In this document: positions 46,053 to 55,997 of the stretch, piece after piece | How positions within the stretch are numbered: position 1 is the stretch's first letter | Layout of the letters: the number at the start of each line of letters is the position of its first letter | DNA from: an uncultured Candidatus Saccharibacteria bacterium | GTDB lineage: Bacteria; Patescibacteriota; UBA1384; 2-12-FULL-50-11 | Assembly (NCBI GenBank): GCA_964599405.1 | Contig: CAZRED010000001.1 | Coordinates: forward strand, 11,528-75,527 | Reading direction: 5' to 3' | DNA length: 64,000 nucleotides | Notes under the pieces: generated by a model | Told to the model about the DNA's origin: nothing | What the model saw: the letters and a program-made list of their open reading frames with translations, nothing else | Database searches by the model: none | Program-made: the position numbers and the translations under genes

Positions 46053-46053
46053 C

Positions 46054-46800
46054 TTAGATAACGTACTTTCCGCCGCGCTGGTCGCTGATGACTTTGCCGG
46101 ATTTCATTAAAATTACCCGTTTTTGAATGCGATCAACCACCTGACGGTTGTGGGTAGCCAGAATCACCGTCGTACCTTTTTGATTAATCCGATAAAGTAG
46201 CTCGATAATCTCCCAAGTGTTCACCGGGTCAAGGTTACCGGTCGGCTCGTCGGCAATTAAGAGTTTTGGTGAGTGAACCAGCGCCCGGGCAATGGCGGCG
46301 CGCTGCCGCTCGCCGCCAGAGAGCTCGTGAGGATAGGCATTTTTGCGCCGGCCCATATTGACCAAATCAATCACTTTTTCGGCCCGGCGTTCAATATCAG
46401 CTTGGGAGAAGCCACAGACTTCTAGCGCAAAGGCGACGTTTTCCCAAACAGTTTTTTGGGGTAGGAGCTTAAAATCTTGGAACACCACGCCGATTTTGCG
46501 ACGGTAAAACGGCACTTCACTGTCGCGCAAGTCCGATAAATTACGACCAGCCACATATACCTCACCTCTTGATGGACGCTCTTGGAGCGATAAAAGTTTA
46601 ATTAAAGTGGTTTTACCGACACCGCTCTGACCCACTAGAGTGATAAACTCACCTTCGTTAATCACCAAACTGATGTCGCGCACCGCCGCCCGCTTGGCAT
46701 ACTCCTTGCTGGCGTGCTTAAACTCAATCAACGGAATGTTGGTTGGCTTAGACTGGGCGGAGACGAGAGGATTTTGGCCAATCCGAATTACTTCATTCAT
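46054..46800 (-). CDS. ftsE: Cell division ATPase FtsE
   Basis: [37 protein letters not shown] and ATHN motifs. Confidence 0.94.
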   Translation of the reverse strand: MNEVIRIGQNPLVSAQSKPTNIPLIEFKHASKEYAKRAAVRDISLVINEGEFITLVGQSGVGKTTLIKLLSLQERPSRGEVYVAGRNLSDLRDSEVPFYRRKIGVVFQDFKLLPQKTVWENVAFALEVCGFSQADIERRAEKVIDLVNMGRRKNAYPHELSGGERQRAAIARALVHSPKLLIADEPTGNLDPVNTWEIIELLYRINQKGTTVILATHNRQVVDRIQKRVILMKSGKVISDQRGGKYVI

Positions 46801-46821
46801 CTGTTATATACTACGGCAATT

Positions 46822-48069
46822 TCAGAGAACGAACAGCAACACCATTGCGATCGACATGATCGCAAATGTCGCGTAGCCCAGCACATTGCTTAAGCGGGAA
46901 TTAGTATAGCGGCCCATTAATTTTTTATTGTTGGCGACATGAAGAATAACGTAAATTAAAATTGGCGAAGTGACACCGTAGAATATTCCGGTATATATGA
47001 GGGCTTTAATCGGATGAATACCCAAAAGCGGAATCATCAATCCAATGATAGTCGAGACAATAATTACCCAGTAGAATTGTTTGGCTTGGTAGAACTTACG
47101 CTCCAAGCCTTCCTTCCAATCGAAAGTTTCGGAAAGAGCGTAGGAGCTGGCACCAGCCAACACCGGGATAGCTAGAAAACCAACACTTATAATACCAATT
47201 GCAAAAATAGCATATGCTAAATCTCCGGCAATTGGCCGGAGTGCTTCGGCCGCGTCGCGTACAGTTTCAATATTGGTAACACCGTTAGCGTTTAGTGTGA
47301 CGGCAGCAGCCACAATAATAAACCACATCACTAAATTAGATAAGAACATTCCCGTTGTGACATCTTGTTCCATGTCTTTTAACTCATGTTTTGTGACTAG
47401 CCAGCGGGAGAAAAAACGCTTTACCTTTGAAAGCTTATCTTCTACTTCCATCGAGGTCTGCCAGAAAAATAAGTAAGGCGAGATGGTTGTTCCGAAGATT
47501 GCCACAATTAGAGCGATCGAATCTTTATTAAATGTAAGATTAGGCACAATTGTGGCCTGTAGTGCAGCAGACCAGTCGGTTTTAGTGATAAATGGTATAA
47601 CCAAGTACGCAAGGAGCACTAAAGCAATCCATTTCAACGTATTGGCGATCGCTCGGTAGGAGAAGATGATTAAACAGACCATAATTAGAGCGGCAAAAAT
47701 AATAGCGTAAAACCACTGGGGCAGTGCAGGAATTAGTAGCTCGGTTACTGCTGCCATTGCCGCCAGATCGGCTCCAATATTTAATGCGTTGCCAGCAAAA
47801 ACCAGCCCAACCAACAGTAGCAGTAGCGGACGCGGGTAATGTTTTTTTAGATTTCCCGCCAAGCCATGCCCGGTAACCAAACCGATCCGGGCGCACATCT
47901 CCTGAATTGCCACCATCAACGGAAAAGTTAGTAGCGATGTCCAGAGCAGTTGGAAGCCTGTTTGGGCACCAACTTGAGAATAAATCGTGATGCCGGCAGC
48001 GTCGTCATCACTTAGCCCGGTGACTATCCCGGGACCAACTTTGCGCCAAAACGACCCCAATCGAGACAT
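46822..48069 (-). CDS. NRAMP-like divalent metal transporter
   Basis: GPGIVTGLSDDDAAGI, QEMCARIG and GTTISPYLFFWQ motifs. Confidence 0.92.
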   Translation of the reverse strand: MSRLGSFWRKVGPGIVTGLSDDDAAGITIYSQVGAQTGFQLLWTSLLTFPLMVAIQEMCARIGLVTGHGLAGNLKKHYPRPLLLLLVGLVFAGNALNIGADLAAMAAVTELLIPALPQWFYAIIFAALIMVCLIIFSYRAIANTLKWIALVLLAYLVIPFITKTDWSAALQATIVPNLTFNKDSIALIVAIFGTTISPYLFFWQTSMEVEDKLSKVKRFFSRWLVTKHELKDMEQDVTTGMFLSNLVMWFIIVAAAVTLNANGVTNIETVRDAAEALRPIAGDLAYAIFAIGIISVGFLAIPVLAGASSYALSETFDWKEGLERKFYQAKQFYWVIIVSTIIGLMIPLLGIHPIKALIYTGIFYGVTSPILIYVILHVANNKKLMGRYTNSRLSNVLGYATFAIMSIAMVLLFVL

Positions 48070-48085
48070 TCCCCTCCTTACGCTC

Positions 48086-48640
48086 TTAACGCAATTGTCG
48101 CAAAACTTCGACCGAACGCAAAAACAGCGTCGTCAGTTCGGTAATCCGTTGATTAACTTTTTCGTCAGTTACCCGCTCGTCGCCGTCGATAATTTTATCG
48201 CCCCGGGGGATGAACAGTTCGTGCGGCAGTAGCCAAGCTTTGTAGGTGCGCAGAATTGGGTAGATAGAGTGTTGAGCTTGGAGAGTACCAAACTGGCCGG
48301 TCGAGGCGCCAAACAGTAAAACCGGCTTGTTTTCGAGCCCATTACTGCCGTCGAGATGTTCAAAAGCGTTTTTCAGCACCGCTGGTAGGGCATGGTCGTA
48401 CTCTGGCGTCGCCAGAACAAAGCCATCGGCTTCTTCAACCGCTGCTCGCCACTTCTCTACTGCTTGACCGCGCGACGTCTCGTAACCAAGAAACAACGGC
48501 AAGTCCAGGGTGCGTAGCCGGATGGTTTTTGGTTCAAAGCCGGGGTTGGCGCCAATCAGCCGTTCAAAGACTGCCAAGAAACGCTCGTTTAACGATTCGT
48601 GTTGGGCGGAGCCAGAGATTAACAGGATTTTTTGTTTCAT
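48086..48640 (-). CDS. NADPH-dependent FMN reductase
   Basis: ISGS, TPEYD..PAVLKNA and KPV motifs. Confidence 0.92.
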   Translation of the reverse strand: MKQKILLISGSAQHESLNERFLAVFERLIGANPGFEPKTIRLRTLDLPLFLGYETSRGQAVEKWRAAVEEADGFVLATPEYDHALPAVLKNAFEHLDGSNGLENKPVLLFGASTGQFGTLQAQHSIYPILRTYKAWLLPHELFIPRGDKIIDGDERVTDEKVNQRITELTTLFLRSVEVLRQLR

Positions 48641-48656
48641 TTACGTAGTAAACAAT

Positions 48657-49454
48657 TCATAGGATTACTTCTTCCAAATCATGACGGAGTACGCGGCCCG
48701 CTTCAATGTCGAACTCCCGAACTAACTTTTCGAACTGTTGCGCCGACTCGTGGGCTTTTTTGTCTTCACCGAGCTGGTCATAAAGAATTGAAAGCAACCC
48801 GTAGAGCTGGGCGCGACGCCGATCGTAGTGCTCGTCGCCGTGATCAGCTTCGTACCAGCTCAAACTCTGGGTAGCCCAATCCATTGCCTCAAGATACTGG
48901 CCTTTTTTAGCCAACACCCGCGCTAAGTCGAGCATAGCGGTAGCTTGAAAAAAGCCGCTTCCCCGGTCCCTTCTGAATAGTTCCATCGCTCGATTGATAT
49001 AATCGGTCGCTGCGTCGAGATCGTTTTTCTTAAAAAAATGTAGCCCGAGTTTGTCATAGGTGATTGCTAACTCTGAAATAGCGTCGGTTTTTTCCAGCAG
49101 CTCAATACTTTTTTGGAAATACGGCAACGCCTGGGTTGTTAGCGCGGTATGATCATGGAGCATGGCGATGTCGCGGTAGAGATTTCCTAAATCTCTAAGC
49201 GACCGTTCCTGGCTAAACATTTGCTCGGCGGCTCGAAAATATTTTAGGGCATCGCGAAATTTCGTTGAGTCGCTACTCATTACCGACTGCATTGCCGATA
49301 CCCCAGCCAAATGGACGGCCCGAGCTGCTAAAGGCATAGCGCCGTCTGCTTCGGCAAGGCGGGCAATCTCTAAATATTCAGTAATTGCATCATCAACCTT
49401 AGCGTTGTTGCGTAGATTGTCAGCCCGTTGAAAACGCCCCTCCCACGCTGGCAT
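48657..49454 (-). CDS. TPR-repeat protein
   Basis: Repeated TPR-like helices; start trimmed to MPAW just after the secA stop. Confidence 0.8.
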   Translation of the reverse strand: MPAWEGRFQRADNLRNNAKVDDAITEYLEIARLAEADGAMPLAARAVHLAGVSAMQSVMSSDSTKFRDALKYFRAAEQMFSQERSLRDLGNLYRDIAMLHDHTALTTQALPYFQKSIELLEKTDAISELAITYDKLGLHFFKKNDLDAATDYINRAMELFRRDRGSGFFQATAMLDLARVLAKKGQYLEAMDWATQSLSWYEADHGDEHYDRRRAQLYGLLSILYDQLGEDKKAHESAQQFEKLVREFDIEAGRVLRHDLEEVIL

Positions 49455-49455
49455 C

Positions 49456-52044
49456 TTAGGCCCGGTGATGCGGCGCGTTAACCAGCCCGCATTTTTTGTA
49501 TTTGTAAACTTTACCGGTCGCCGGATCGACAGCGCCGCATGGACAAGAATCGTTGCGGCCAATCTTTTTCGAGTCCAGTTTTTTATTGTCAGTGGCTTCA
49601 CGATTAGTCACTTGTTTTTGTTGCGGCGTCACTGTTGTTACTGCTGGCTGATTGACTTGCACCTCCACCCGTTGGAGCATGTCGGTAACTTGGCGATTAA
49701 TCGCTTCATTTAGTTCGTTAAAGAGTCGGTAAGCCTCCTGCTTATACTCCACTAGCGGGTCGCGCTGGCCGTAACCCCGCAGGCCGGTGGAGTCGCGTAA
49801 ATCCTCTAAATTCTTCAGGTGCTCAATCCAGAGTAGGTCGATAGCCCGGAGAAACACCGTCCGCTCCACTTGGGCACGTAGTTCATCGCTCCACTGCTCG
49901 CTCTTTTTTTGGTAGGCGGCCGGTTGGGACTCGGTGAAATAGCTTAAAATTTCTTGATGAATCGCTGCGAAGTGGTCGGGGGTTTTGGCGCTGACCACCG
50001 TGAAACGACGACGGTAGATGGCTTGGCGGTGCTTATTCATTACGTCGTCGTACTCAACCAACTGTTTGCGCATATCGAAGTTGTGCGTCTCCACTTTGCC
50101 TTGGGCTTGCTCAATTGCACGGGAGAGTAGTTTGTTATTGATACTCATATCGTCAGGGATATTCAGGCGCTCCATGATGGCTTTCATCCGGTCACCGCCG
50201 AAGATTCGCATCAGGTCATCTTCCATCGAAACAAAGAACCGGCTGACACCAGGATCGCCTTGCCGGCCGGCTCGGCCACGCAGCTGGTTATCAATGCGAC
50301 GAGACTCGTGCCGCTCGGTACCAACAACGTAGAGTCCCCCCAATTCCAGTACTTGCTGATGACAGGTCTCCCAAGCTTTGAAGGCACTTTTGTCTTCACC
50401 CTCTTGCGGGGTCGCCCCACCCAACACAATATCGACGCCGCGCCCGGCCATATTGGTCGCTACCGTTACTGCGCCCGGTGAACCCGCTTGGGCCACTACT
50501 TCGCCTTCTTTTTGGTGAAGTTTGGCGTTTAAAACATTATGGGGGATGTTGGCGGCTTTCAGCAGCCGAGCTAATTTCTCCGATTTGGCAATCGAAGCAG
50601 TTCCGATTAGCACTGGCTGGCCGATGGTTTGGCGCTCCTTGACTAAGTTAACTACTGCCTGAAACTTGGCCTGCTCATTTTTGTAAATTTCATCAGCGGC
50701 ATCGGTTCGCTGGCTTGGTCGGTTAGTGGGAATTGAGACAACTTCCAAGTGATAAATTTTCGAAAACTCCTCGGCTTCCGTAGCCGCCGTACCGGTCATG
50801 CCGGCTAGTTTCCAATATTGGCGAAAGTAATTTTGGAAGGTGATGGTGGCTAACGTTACCGATTCTTCTCGCACCGCCACTGCCTCTTTAGCCTCGATGG
50901 CTTGATGAAGGCCGCCGTTGTAACGCCGCCCGTGGAGCATTCGGCCAGTGAACTCGTCAATAATTATTACTTCCCCACCCTTCACAACGTAGTCTTTGTT
51001 CTTGCGGTAAAGGGCATGGGCCCGGAGCGCCACATCGGCGTGATGAACCAGCCGGGTATTCTCCGGATCGTACATATTGGTAACTCCCAGCAGCGTCTCC
51101 AACTTTTTTATGCCACTTTCTTGCAATGACGCCCGCTTGGCTTTTTCATCGATAATGTAATCTTGTTCGACCGCCAGCTTCCCGACCAGGGCAGCAAATG
51201 TCTGATAAAGATCGGCTGATTCGTTGGAGGGAGAAGAGATAATCAACGGCGTCCGAGCCTCATCGATTAAAATTGAGTCAACTTCGTCAACAATGGCGAA
51301 TACATGGGGACGCTGTTTCATTTCGTTGGCCGATGAAACCATATTGTCGCGCAAGTAATCAAAGCCAAACTCGTTATTGGTGCCGTAGGTAACGTCGGCT
51401 TGATAGGCTTCCTGGCGGGTAGCGGCTCGGAGATGTTGCAGCCGCCAGTCGTGCTGGTCGTTGGTTTGGTGTGGGTCGTAAATAAAAGAAAAGTCCGGCC
51501 CAATTACCCCGATCGACAGCCCTAAGAAGTGGTAAATTCTGCCCATCCAACCAGCGTCGCGTCGGGCTAAGTAATCATTAACGGTGACGAGGTGTGCTCC
51601 TAAGCCAGTTAGAGCGTTAAGGTACAGCGGCAGGGTGGCCACTAACGTTTTCCCTTCGCCGGTTTGCATTTCGGCAATTTGGCCGCGGTGCAGTACCGAG
51701 CCACCAATAATTTGGACGTCGTAATGGCGCAGTCCTAATGTTCGTTTGGCCGCTTCCCGAACTAAAGCAAAGGCTAACGGCAAATGCGGCGCTAATAAGT
51801 TTACAATCGCTTCTTTGCGCTGCTTATTCTGGAGGATCGAATCGTCAATAGCGCTAGTTTCGGCAACGATTTTTTCGGCCTGGTCGCTGATGGTTTTTTT
51901 TAGCTGCAGCGATCGCTCTTGAAGCTGTTGATTTGTAGCTTTCTCCAATTCCGGCTCCAGTGCTGCCACCGCCGCCGCTGTGTCATCGTAGCGCGAAACC
52001 TCTTTGGCGTTGGCATCGCCAAAGAGCCTAGAAAGTAAACCCAT
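49456..52044 (-). CDS. secA: Preprotein translocase SecA
   Basis: MQTGEGKT, DEVDSILIDEARTPLIIS, ATNMAGRG, RRIDNQLRGRAGRQGD motifs and SEC-C tail. Confidence 0.98.
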   Translation of the reverse strand: MGLLSRLFGDANAKEVSRYDDTAAAVAALEPELEKATNQQLQERSLQLKKTISDQAEKIVAETSAIDDSILQNKQRKEAIVNLLAPHLPLAFALVREAAKRTLGLRHYDVQIIGGSVLHRGQIAEMQTGEGKTLVATLPLYLNALTGLGAHLVTVNDYLARRDAGWMGRIYHFLGLSIGVIGPDFSFIYDPHQTNDQHDWRLQHLRAATRQEAYQADVTYGTNNEFGFDYLRDNMVSSANEMKQRPHVFAIVDEVDSILIDEARTPLIISSPSNESADLYQTFAALVGKLAVEQDYIIDEKAKRASLQESGIKKLETLLGVTNMYDPENTRLVHHADVALRAHALYRKNKDYVVKGGEVIIIDEFTGRMLHGRRYNGGLHQAIEAKEAVAVREESVTLATITFQNYFRQYWKLAGMTGTAATEAEEFSKIYHLEVVSIPTNRPSQRTDAADEIYKNEQAKFQAVVNLVKERQTIGQPVLIGTASIAKSEKLARLLKAANIPHNVLNAKLHQKEGEVVAQAGSPGAVTVATNMAGRGVDIVLGGATPQEGEDKSAFKAWETCHQQVLELGGLYVVGTERHESRRIDNQLRGRAGRQGDPGVSRFFVSMEDDLMRIFGGDRMKAIMERLNIPDDMSINNKLLSRAIEQAQGKVETHNFDMRKQLVEYDDVMNKHRQAIYRRRFTVVSAKTPDHFAAIHQEILSYFTESQPAAYQKKSEQWSDELRAQVERTVFLRAIDLLWIEHLKNLEDLRDSTGLRGYGQRDPLVEYKQEAYRLFNELNEAINRQVTDMLQRVEVQVNQPAVTTVTPQQKQVTNREATDNKKLDSKKIGRNDSCPCGAVDPATGKVYKYKKCGLVNAPHHRA

Positions 52045-53246
52045 TACTTTTGGAGCTCCTCCGGCCAATTGACTTCGCCATTTTGTCCGGAGTGATTTTC
52101 AATAATTGCCAGTAATAGGCGCTCTGTTGCTAGCGTTGCATTCAAAGTATGAGCTAGCTCGTTGCCCGATTGGGAGCTAACTTTAATTTTGAGTAACCGC
52201 GACTGATAGTCAGTGCAATTGCTGGCCGAGTGAGTTTCGCGATAGCGCTGCTGTGAGGGGAACCAACACTCTAAATCCACTTGCTTGGCCGATGTTTGAC
52301 TTTGATCACCGGCGGCGAGCAGTACTGTTTGGTAAGGTAGCTCAAACATTTCGACGAATTTTTTCTGTAATGAAATTAGGAACTGATGTTCTTTTTCAGA
52401 GTCTTCGGGACTAACAATTGAAACTAGCTCCACTTTGTCGAACTGGTGAAGGCGAAACATTCCCCGAACATCTTTGCCGTAGGAGCCAGCCTCTTTGCGG
52501 AAACAGGTTGAAAATCCGACATAACGCCTTGGTAGCTGGTTTTTGGTAATTTTTTGGTTGGCGACCAGTGCTAAGAGTAACGGTTCGGAAGTACCAGAAA
52601 GATACTGGCCATCACCAAGTGAAAATGTATCGTCCTTACCGGCCGGGAAGAAACCAGCGGCTGTGAGCAGTTCTTCTTTGGCAACCACCGGCGGTAGCAC
52701 AAACTGAAAACCATTTTCTTGTGCTAGTGCAATCGCCTTATCCATCAGCCGTCGCTCCATCAGTGCCGCCTCGCCGATCAGGTAGCGGTAGCGGCTACCG
52801 GAAAACTCGGCCGCAATCGGCAGATTTAACTGTCCAGATTTTGTTAAGAGCTGCTCGTGCGCCGGTTTGGCTGAACTATTCGCGTCACCAACTTGATCTA
52901 GAACCTTATTTTTATCGGCCGAGCCGGCTGGAACATCGTCGGTCACCACGTTTGGCAGTTTCAGTAAAGCAACGTGAAGACGCTGCTGGGTTTCGGCGGC
53001 TTTCTTCTTGGCGTTGGTAAGTTCGTCTTTTAGTTTGTTTAGCTCTTCCCTATGACTAACCGCCGACTCTTTAGTTTTAGAAAGTCGGTTACTTTCGCCT
53101 TGGAATAGCTCTAGTTTCTGAATGGTTTTACGAGCCAGTTCGTCCAGAGCCAGTAGCTCGTCAACGGCTTTTTCGCTTAAGCCGCGCTTGGCTAAAGATT
53201 GGCGAACAGTGTCTGATTGTTGGCGAATTAGACCGATGTCAAGCAT
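52044..53246 (-). CDS. serS: Serine--tRNA ligase
   Basis: MLDI, GTSE, CFRKEAGSYGKD.RG..R.HQF.KVE, SNCTDYQSR and HTLN motifs. Confidence 0.97.
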   Translation of the reverse strand: MLDIGLIRQQSDTVRQSLAKRGLSEKAVDELLALDELARKTIQKLELFQGESNRLSKTKESAVSHREELNKLKDELTNAKKKAAETQQRLHVALLKLPNVVTDDVPAGSADKNKVLDQVGDANSSAKPAHEQLLTKSGQLNLPIAAEFSGSRYRYLIGEAALMERRLMDKAIALAQENGFQFVLPPVVAKEELLTAAGFFPAGKDDTFSLGDGQYLSGTSEPLLLALVANQKITKNQLPRRYVGFSTCFRKEAGSYGKDVRGMFRLHQFDKVELVSIVSPEDSEKEHQFLISLQKKFVEMFELPYQTVLLAAGDQSQTSAKQVDLECWFPSQQRYRETHSASNCTDYQSRLLKIKVSSQSGNELAHTLNATLATERLLLAIIENHSGQNGEVNWPEELQK

Positions 53247-53282
53247 GGTCAAAGTGTAGCAAACCCCTGGGAAAGTTCCAGG

Positions 53283-53744
53283 TTAATCTACCGACAGAAC
53301 TTCGTAGGTAATGGCGCCGTCCGGGGTTTCTACCTTGATCTTGTCTTTGGCAATATGCCCAAGCAGGGCCAGTCCCACCGGTGAATCGACAGAAATTTTG
53401 CCGTTCTCTGGATCGGATTCGGTTTGACCAACCAGCTCAAATGTTTCCTTATCGCCCTCAACCAGTACTGTGACCTGGCAGCCGATACTGATAGCGCCAG
53501 TATGCGACTCGGAGACCACTTTGGCGTGCTTTAGGGTTTGTTCAATCTCTTGGATTCGCCCTTCGATAAACGACTGGTCTTCTTTGGCAGACGTATATTC
53601 GGCATTCTCACTTAAATCGCCCAATTCCTTGGCCGTTTTAATGCGGTTAACCACTTCGGGCCGGCGGACTTTGATAAGTTCGTCGAGCTCGTTCTGTAAT
53701 TTATCAAGCCCTTCCTGTGTTACAAGTATATCTTTCTTCGCCAT
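53283..53744 (-). CDS. greA: Transcription elongation factor GreA
   Basis: GDLSENAEY and IS..SPVG.AL motifs. Confidence 0.97.
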   Translation of the reverse strand: MAKKDILVTQEGLDKLQNELDELIKVRRPEVVNRIKTAKELGDLSENAEYTSAKEDQSFIEGRIQEIEQTLKHAKVVSESHTGAISIGCQVTVLVEGDKETFELVGQTESDPENGKISVDSPVGLALLGHIAKDKIKVETPDGAITYEVLSVD

Positions 53745-53939
53745 ATTCCTCGGTTGTCATCGTAGTAGAAATAAAAAAATACGCCGGATGACTATTAATT
53801 TAGTGACAGAAAAATCTTAACAACCCCACCCGAATTGTCAAGTCTAATTGCCCTTGTAGGATTATCTAAAATTACTCAGCAATGTTAGGGGAAAATAGCA
53901 ACTGGGTTAAGGCTAAGTAAAAGGAAAAGGTGTAACCTG

Positions 53940-55562
53940 ATGCCGATGAAGCAAATAAAGTCTCGACCATCGCAGCTGTGGGAGCAATGGTTGGCGCGCT
54001 TACATGGCGCCGAAGTTCCCCAAAAAAACTACTATCGTCTCGAGCTACTGCAGTTAATATCTAGCTGCGACCCTACTGACCATCAACGTTTTTTTCCCCG
54101 TTTTGGCACAATCTTAGCCCGCTCCCTAAAGAGTGGGGTAGTAAAAATTATCGAGCCGGGCAACGGTACCATTCTCTATACCAGCAAATCACCATCCAAT
54201 AAAAAAGTTAACAGAGTCTTAATGAAACAGCTGGCAGATAAACCGGTCGGTTTAATTATTCGGCAGTTTCCCCGCCCACTACGGATAAGCAATAACCGCC
54301 CAGCCATTAAGTCAATTTGCCAGCTTCGGATAGCTATTTCCCCCGAGACACCGGTAGATTTACTAATTCTATCTCCAGAATCACTCGATGATGAAGATCG
54401 CCGTTTCCTGCACTTTGTCGCCGGTATTATTGGACTGTTGGAACAACAGCTGGAAGTATCGCGACAATTAGCGCGTGAGCAAAAATTAATCCAATCGTTA
54501 ACTCAAAATTTGAGCGAAGGGTTAGCACTTTTCTCCGCCGAAGGACGGGTGGTTATTTGGAATCGGCCTCTCCAACGAATGACCGGGTTTGCGCCCAAGG
54601 ACGCCCAAGGAAAAACTTACGATCAAGTTCTCCGCTTTGTTGATCGGCCGAATTGGCTCCAAGAGTTAATTGACACCCACCAAAGTAACCCCAATCAAAG
54701 CGGTTTTTTAGTAGATGGACAAGTAACAACACCTTCCAAGCAATTGCGCTGGCTAGCCGTTTCTGGTTCATTTCTGCGTGACGAACAGGGAACAATTGAG
54801 CAGGTGATTATCCTGGTCCGGGACATCTCCCACAGTAAAGAATTGGAGCAGCGCAAAAACGAGTTTATCTCCATTGCCACCCACGAGCTGCGCACCCCAA
54901 TTACCGCCGTCAAAGGGTACTTGAGCCTCTTGGACAAAGCCCTCGACACGCCGAGCGAAAAACAACAGCTCTACCTAGCCAATGCGTCTTTAGCGACCGA
55001 ACGACTGGTACGGTTAGCCGAAGACCTGCTGCAAGTCATTCGACTCGATGAGGACCGAATGCAGTTTGCCCTGCAACCAATGCAACTAACCAACGTCATT
55101 GAAAAAGTCTGCCACGACTTTAAAGAAAAGGCCCAAAAGAAAAACCTGACCATCCAGTTGACACTACCACCCTTTACAACCACAGTTATTGCCGACCCGA
55201 TAAGATTAGAACAGGTTTTTGCCAATCTCGTTGATAACGCCATTAAGTACACCGACAAAGGGTCAATTAGTATCGGTTTCGAACACTTTTCCGAGAAGCT
55301 GACTAAAGAAGATAAGGTAACTGTTGTTATAAAAGACACGGGAATCGGTATTGACGGTCGGGATTTGGGCGGCGTTTTTGAAAAATTCCATCGCACCAAC
55401 CGGGCAGCTAATACTCGAGAGCCGGGTGCTGGTTTGGGGCTATACATTGTTAAGTCGTTCGTAGAAAAACAGGGCGGTAAGATCAACGTTAAGAGCCGCC
55501 CAAAGCGTGGTAGTGCCTTTGCCATTACCTTCCCTGTCGCCGCCGGCAGAGAACGAATGTAG
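53940..55562 (+). CDS. Cytoplasmic PAS-domain sensor histidine kinase
   Basis: PAS domain; HELRTP, NLVDNAIKY, DTGIG and GLGL boxes; no TM helix. Confidence 0.93.
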   Translation: MPMKQIKSRPSQLWEQWLARLHGAEVPQKNYYRLELLQLISSCDPTDHQRFFPRFGTILARSLKSGVVKIIEPGNGTILYTSKSPSNKKVNRVLMKQLADKPVGLIIRQFPRPLRISNNRPAIKSICQLRIAISPETPVDLLILSPESLDDEDRRFLHFVAGIIGLLEQQLEVSRQLAREQKLIQSLTQNLSEGLALFSAEGRVVIWNRPLQRMTGFAPKDAQGKTYDQVLRFVDRPNWLQELIDTHQSNPNQSGFLVDGQVTTPSKQLRWLAVSGSFLRDEQGTIEQVIILVRDISHSKELEQRKNEFISIATHELRTPITAVKGYLSLLDKALDTPSEKQQLYLANASLATERLVRLAEDLLQVIRLDEDRMQFALQPMQLTNVIEKVCHDFKEKAQKKNLTIQLTLPPFTTTVIADPIRLEQVFANLVDNAIKYTDKGSISIGFEHFSEKLTKEDKVTVVIKDTGIGIDGRDLGGVFEKFHRTNRAANTREPGAGLGLYIVKSFVEKQGGKINVKSRPKRGSAFAITFPVAAGRERM

Positions 55563-55616
55563 TAACTCACAAATTTGCTCTTGATGTAATAATGACAATT
55601 GTTAATATGCCTTCAG

Positions 55617-55997
55617 ATGATCCGGAAAAAAATATTGTTAGTTGAAGACGAGCCGTTATTGGTTAGTTTATACAAAGAAGCTTTTTTGGAGGAGCCGCTG
55701 GCGTTGGATGTGGCTGAAACCGGCAACGATGCTCTGGAGCAAGTCAGGAAAAATCGTCCTGATTTAATCCTGCTCGATATTCTCCTGCCTGGAATGAATG
55801 GATTCGAGGTGTTGCGAAAGCTCAAAGCCTCATCGAAAACCCGTGATATCCCGGTGATTGTTCTAACTAACTTGGGCAGCGAAGAGACCGATAAGGACCG
55901 CCAGCTAGCATTGTCGTTGGGAGCGGTTGATTACCTGGTTAAGTCGTACCACACGCCAGGTGAGATGATTAAAATTGTCTCCAAACGTCTGACTTAG
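55617..55997 (+). CDS. Single-domain response regulator (receiver only)
   Basis: LLVEDE, LLDILLP, LTN and YLVK motifs. Confidence 0.92.
   Translation: MIRKKILLVEDEPLLVSLYKEAFLEEPLALDVAETGNDALEQVRKNRPDLILLDILLPGMNGFEVLRKLKASSKTRDIPVIVLTNLGSEETDKDRQLALSLGAVDYLVKSYHTPGEMIKIVSKRLT

Noticed and set aside
49455-49601. Extended TPR ORF overlapping secA
   Set aside because: The ATG at 49454, just after the secA stop, is more plausible.
54971-55570. Long antisense ORFs (also 60753-61394, 41181-41774, 8122-8652, 28255-28746 and others)
   Set aside because: Shadow frames of well-supported genes on the other strand, with no recognisable motifs.
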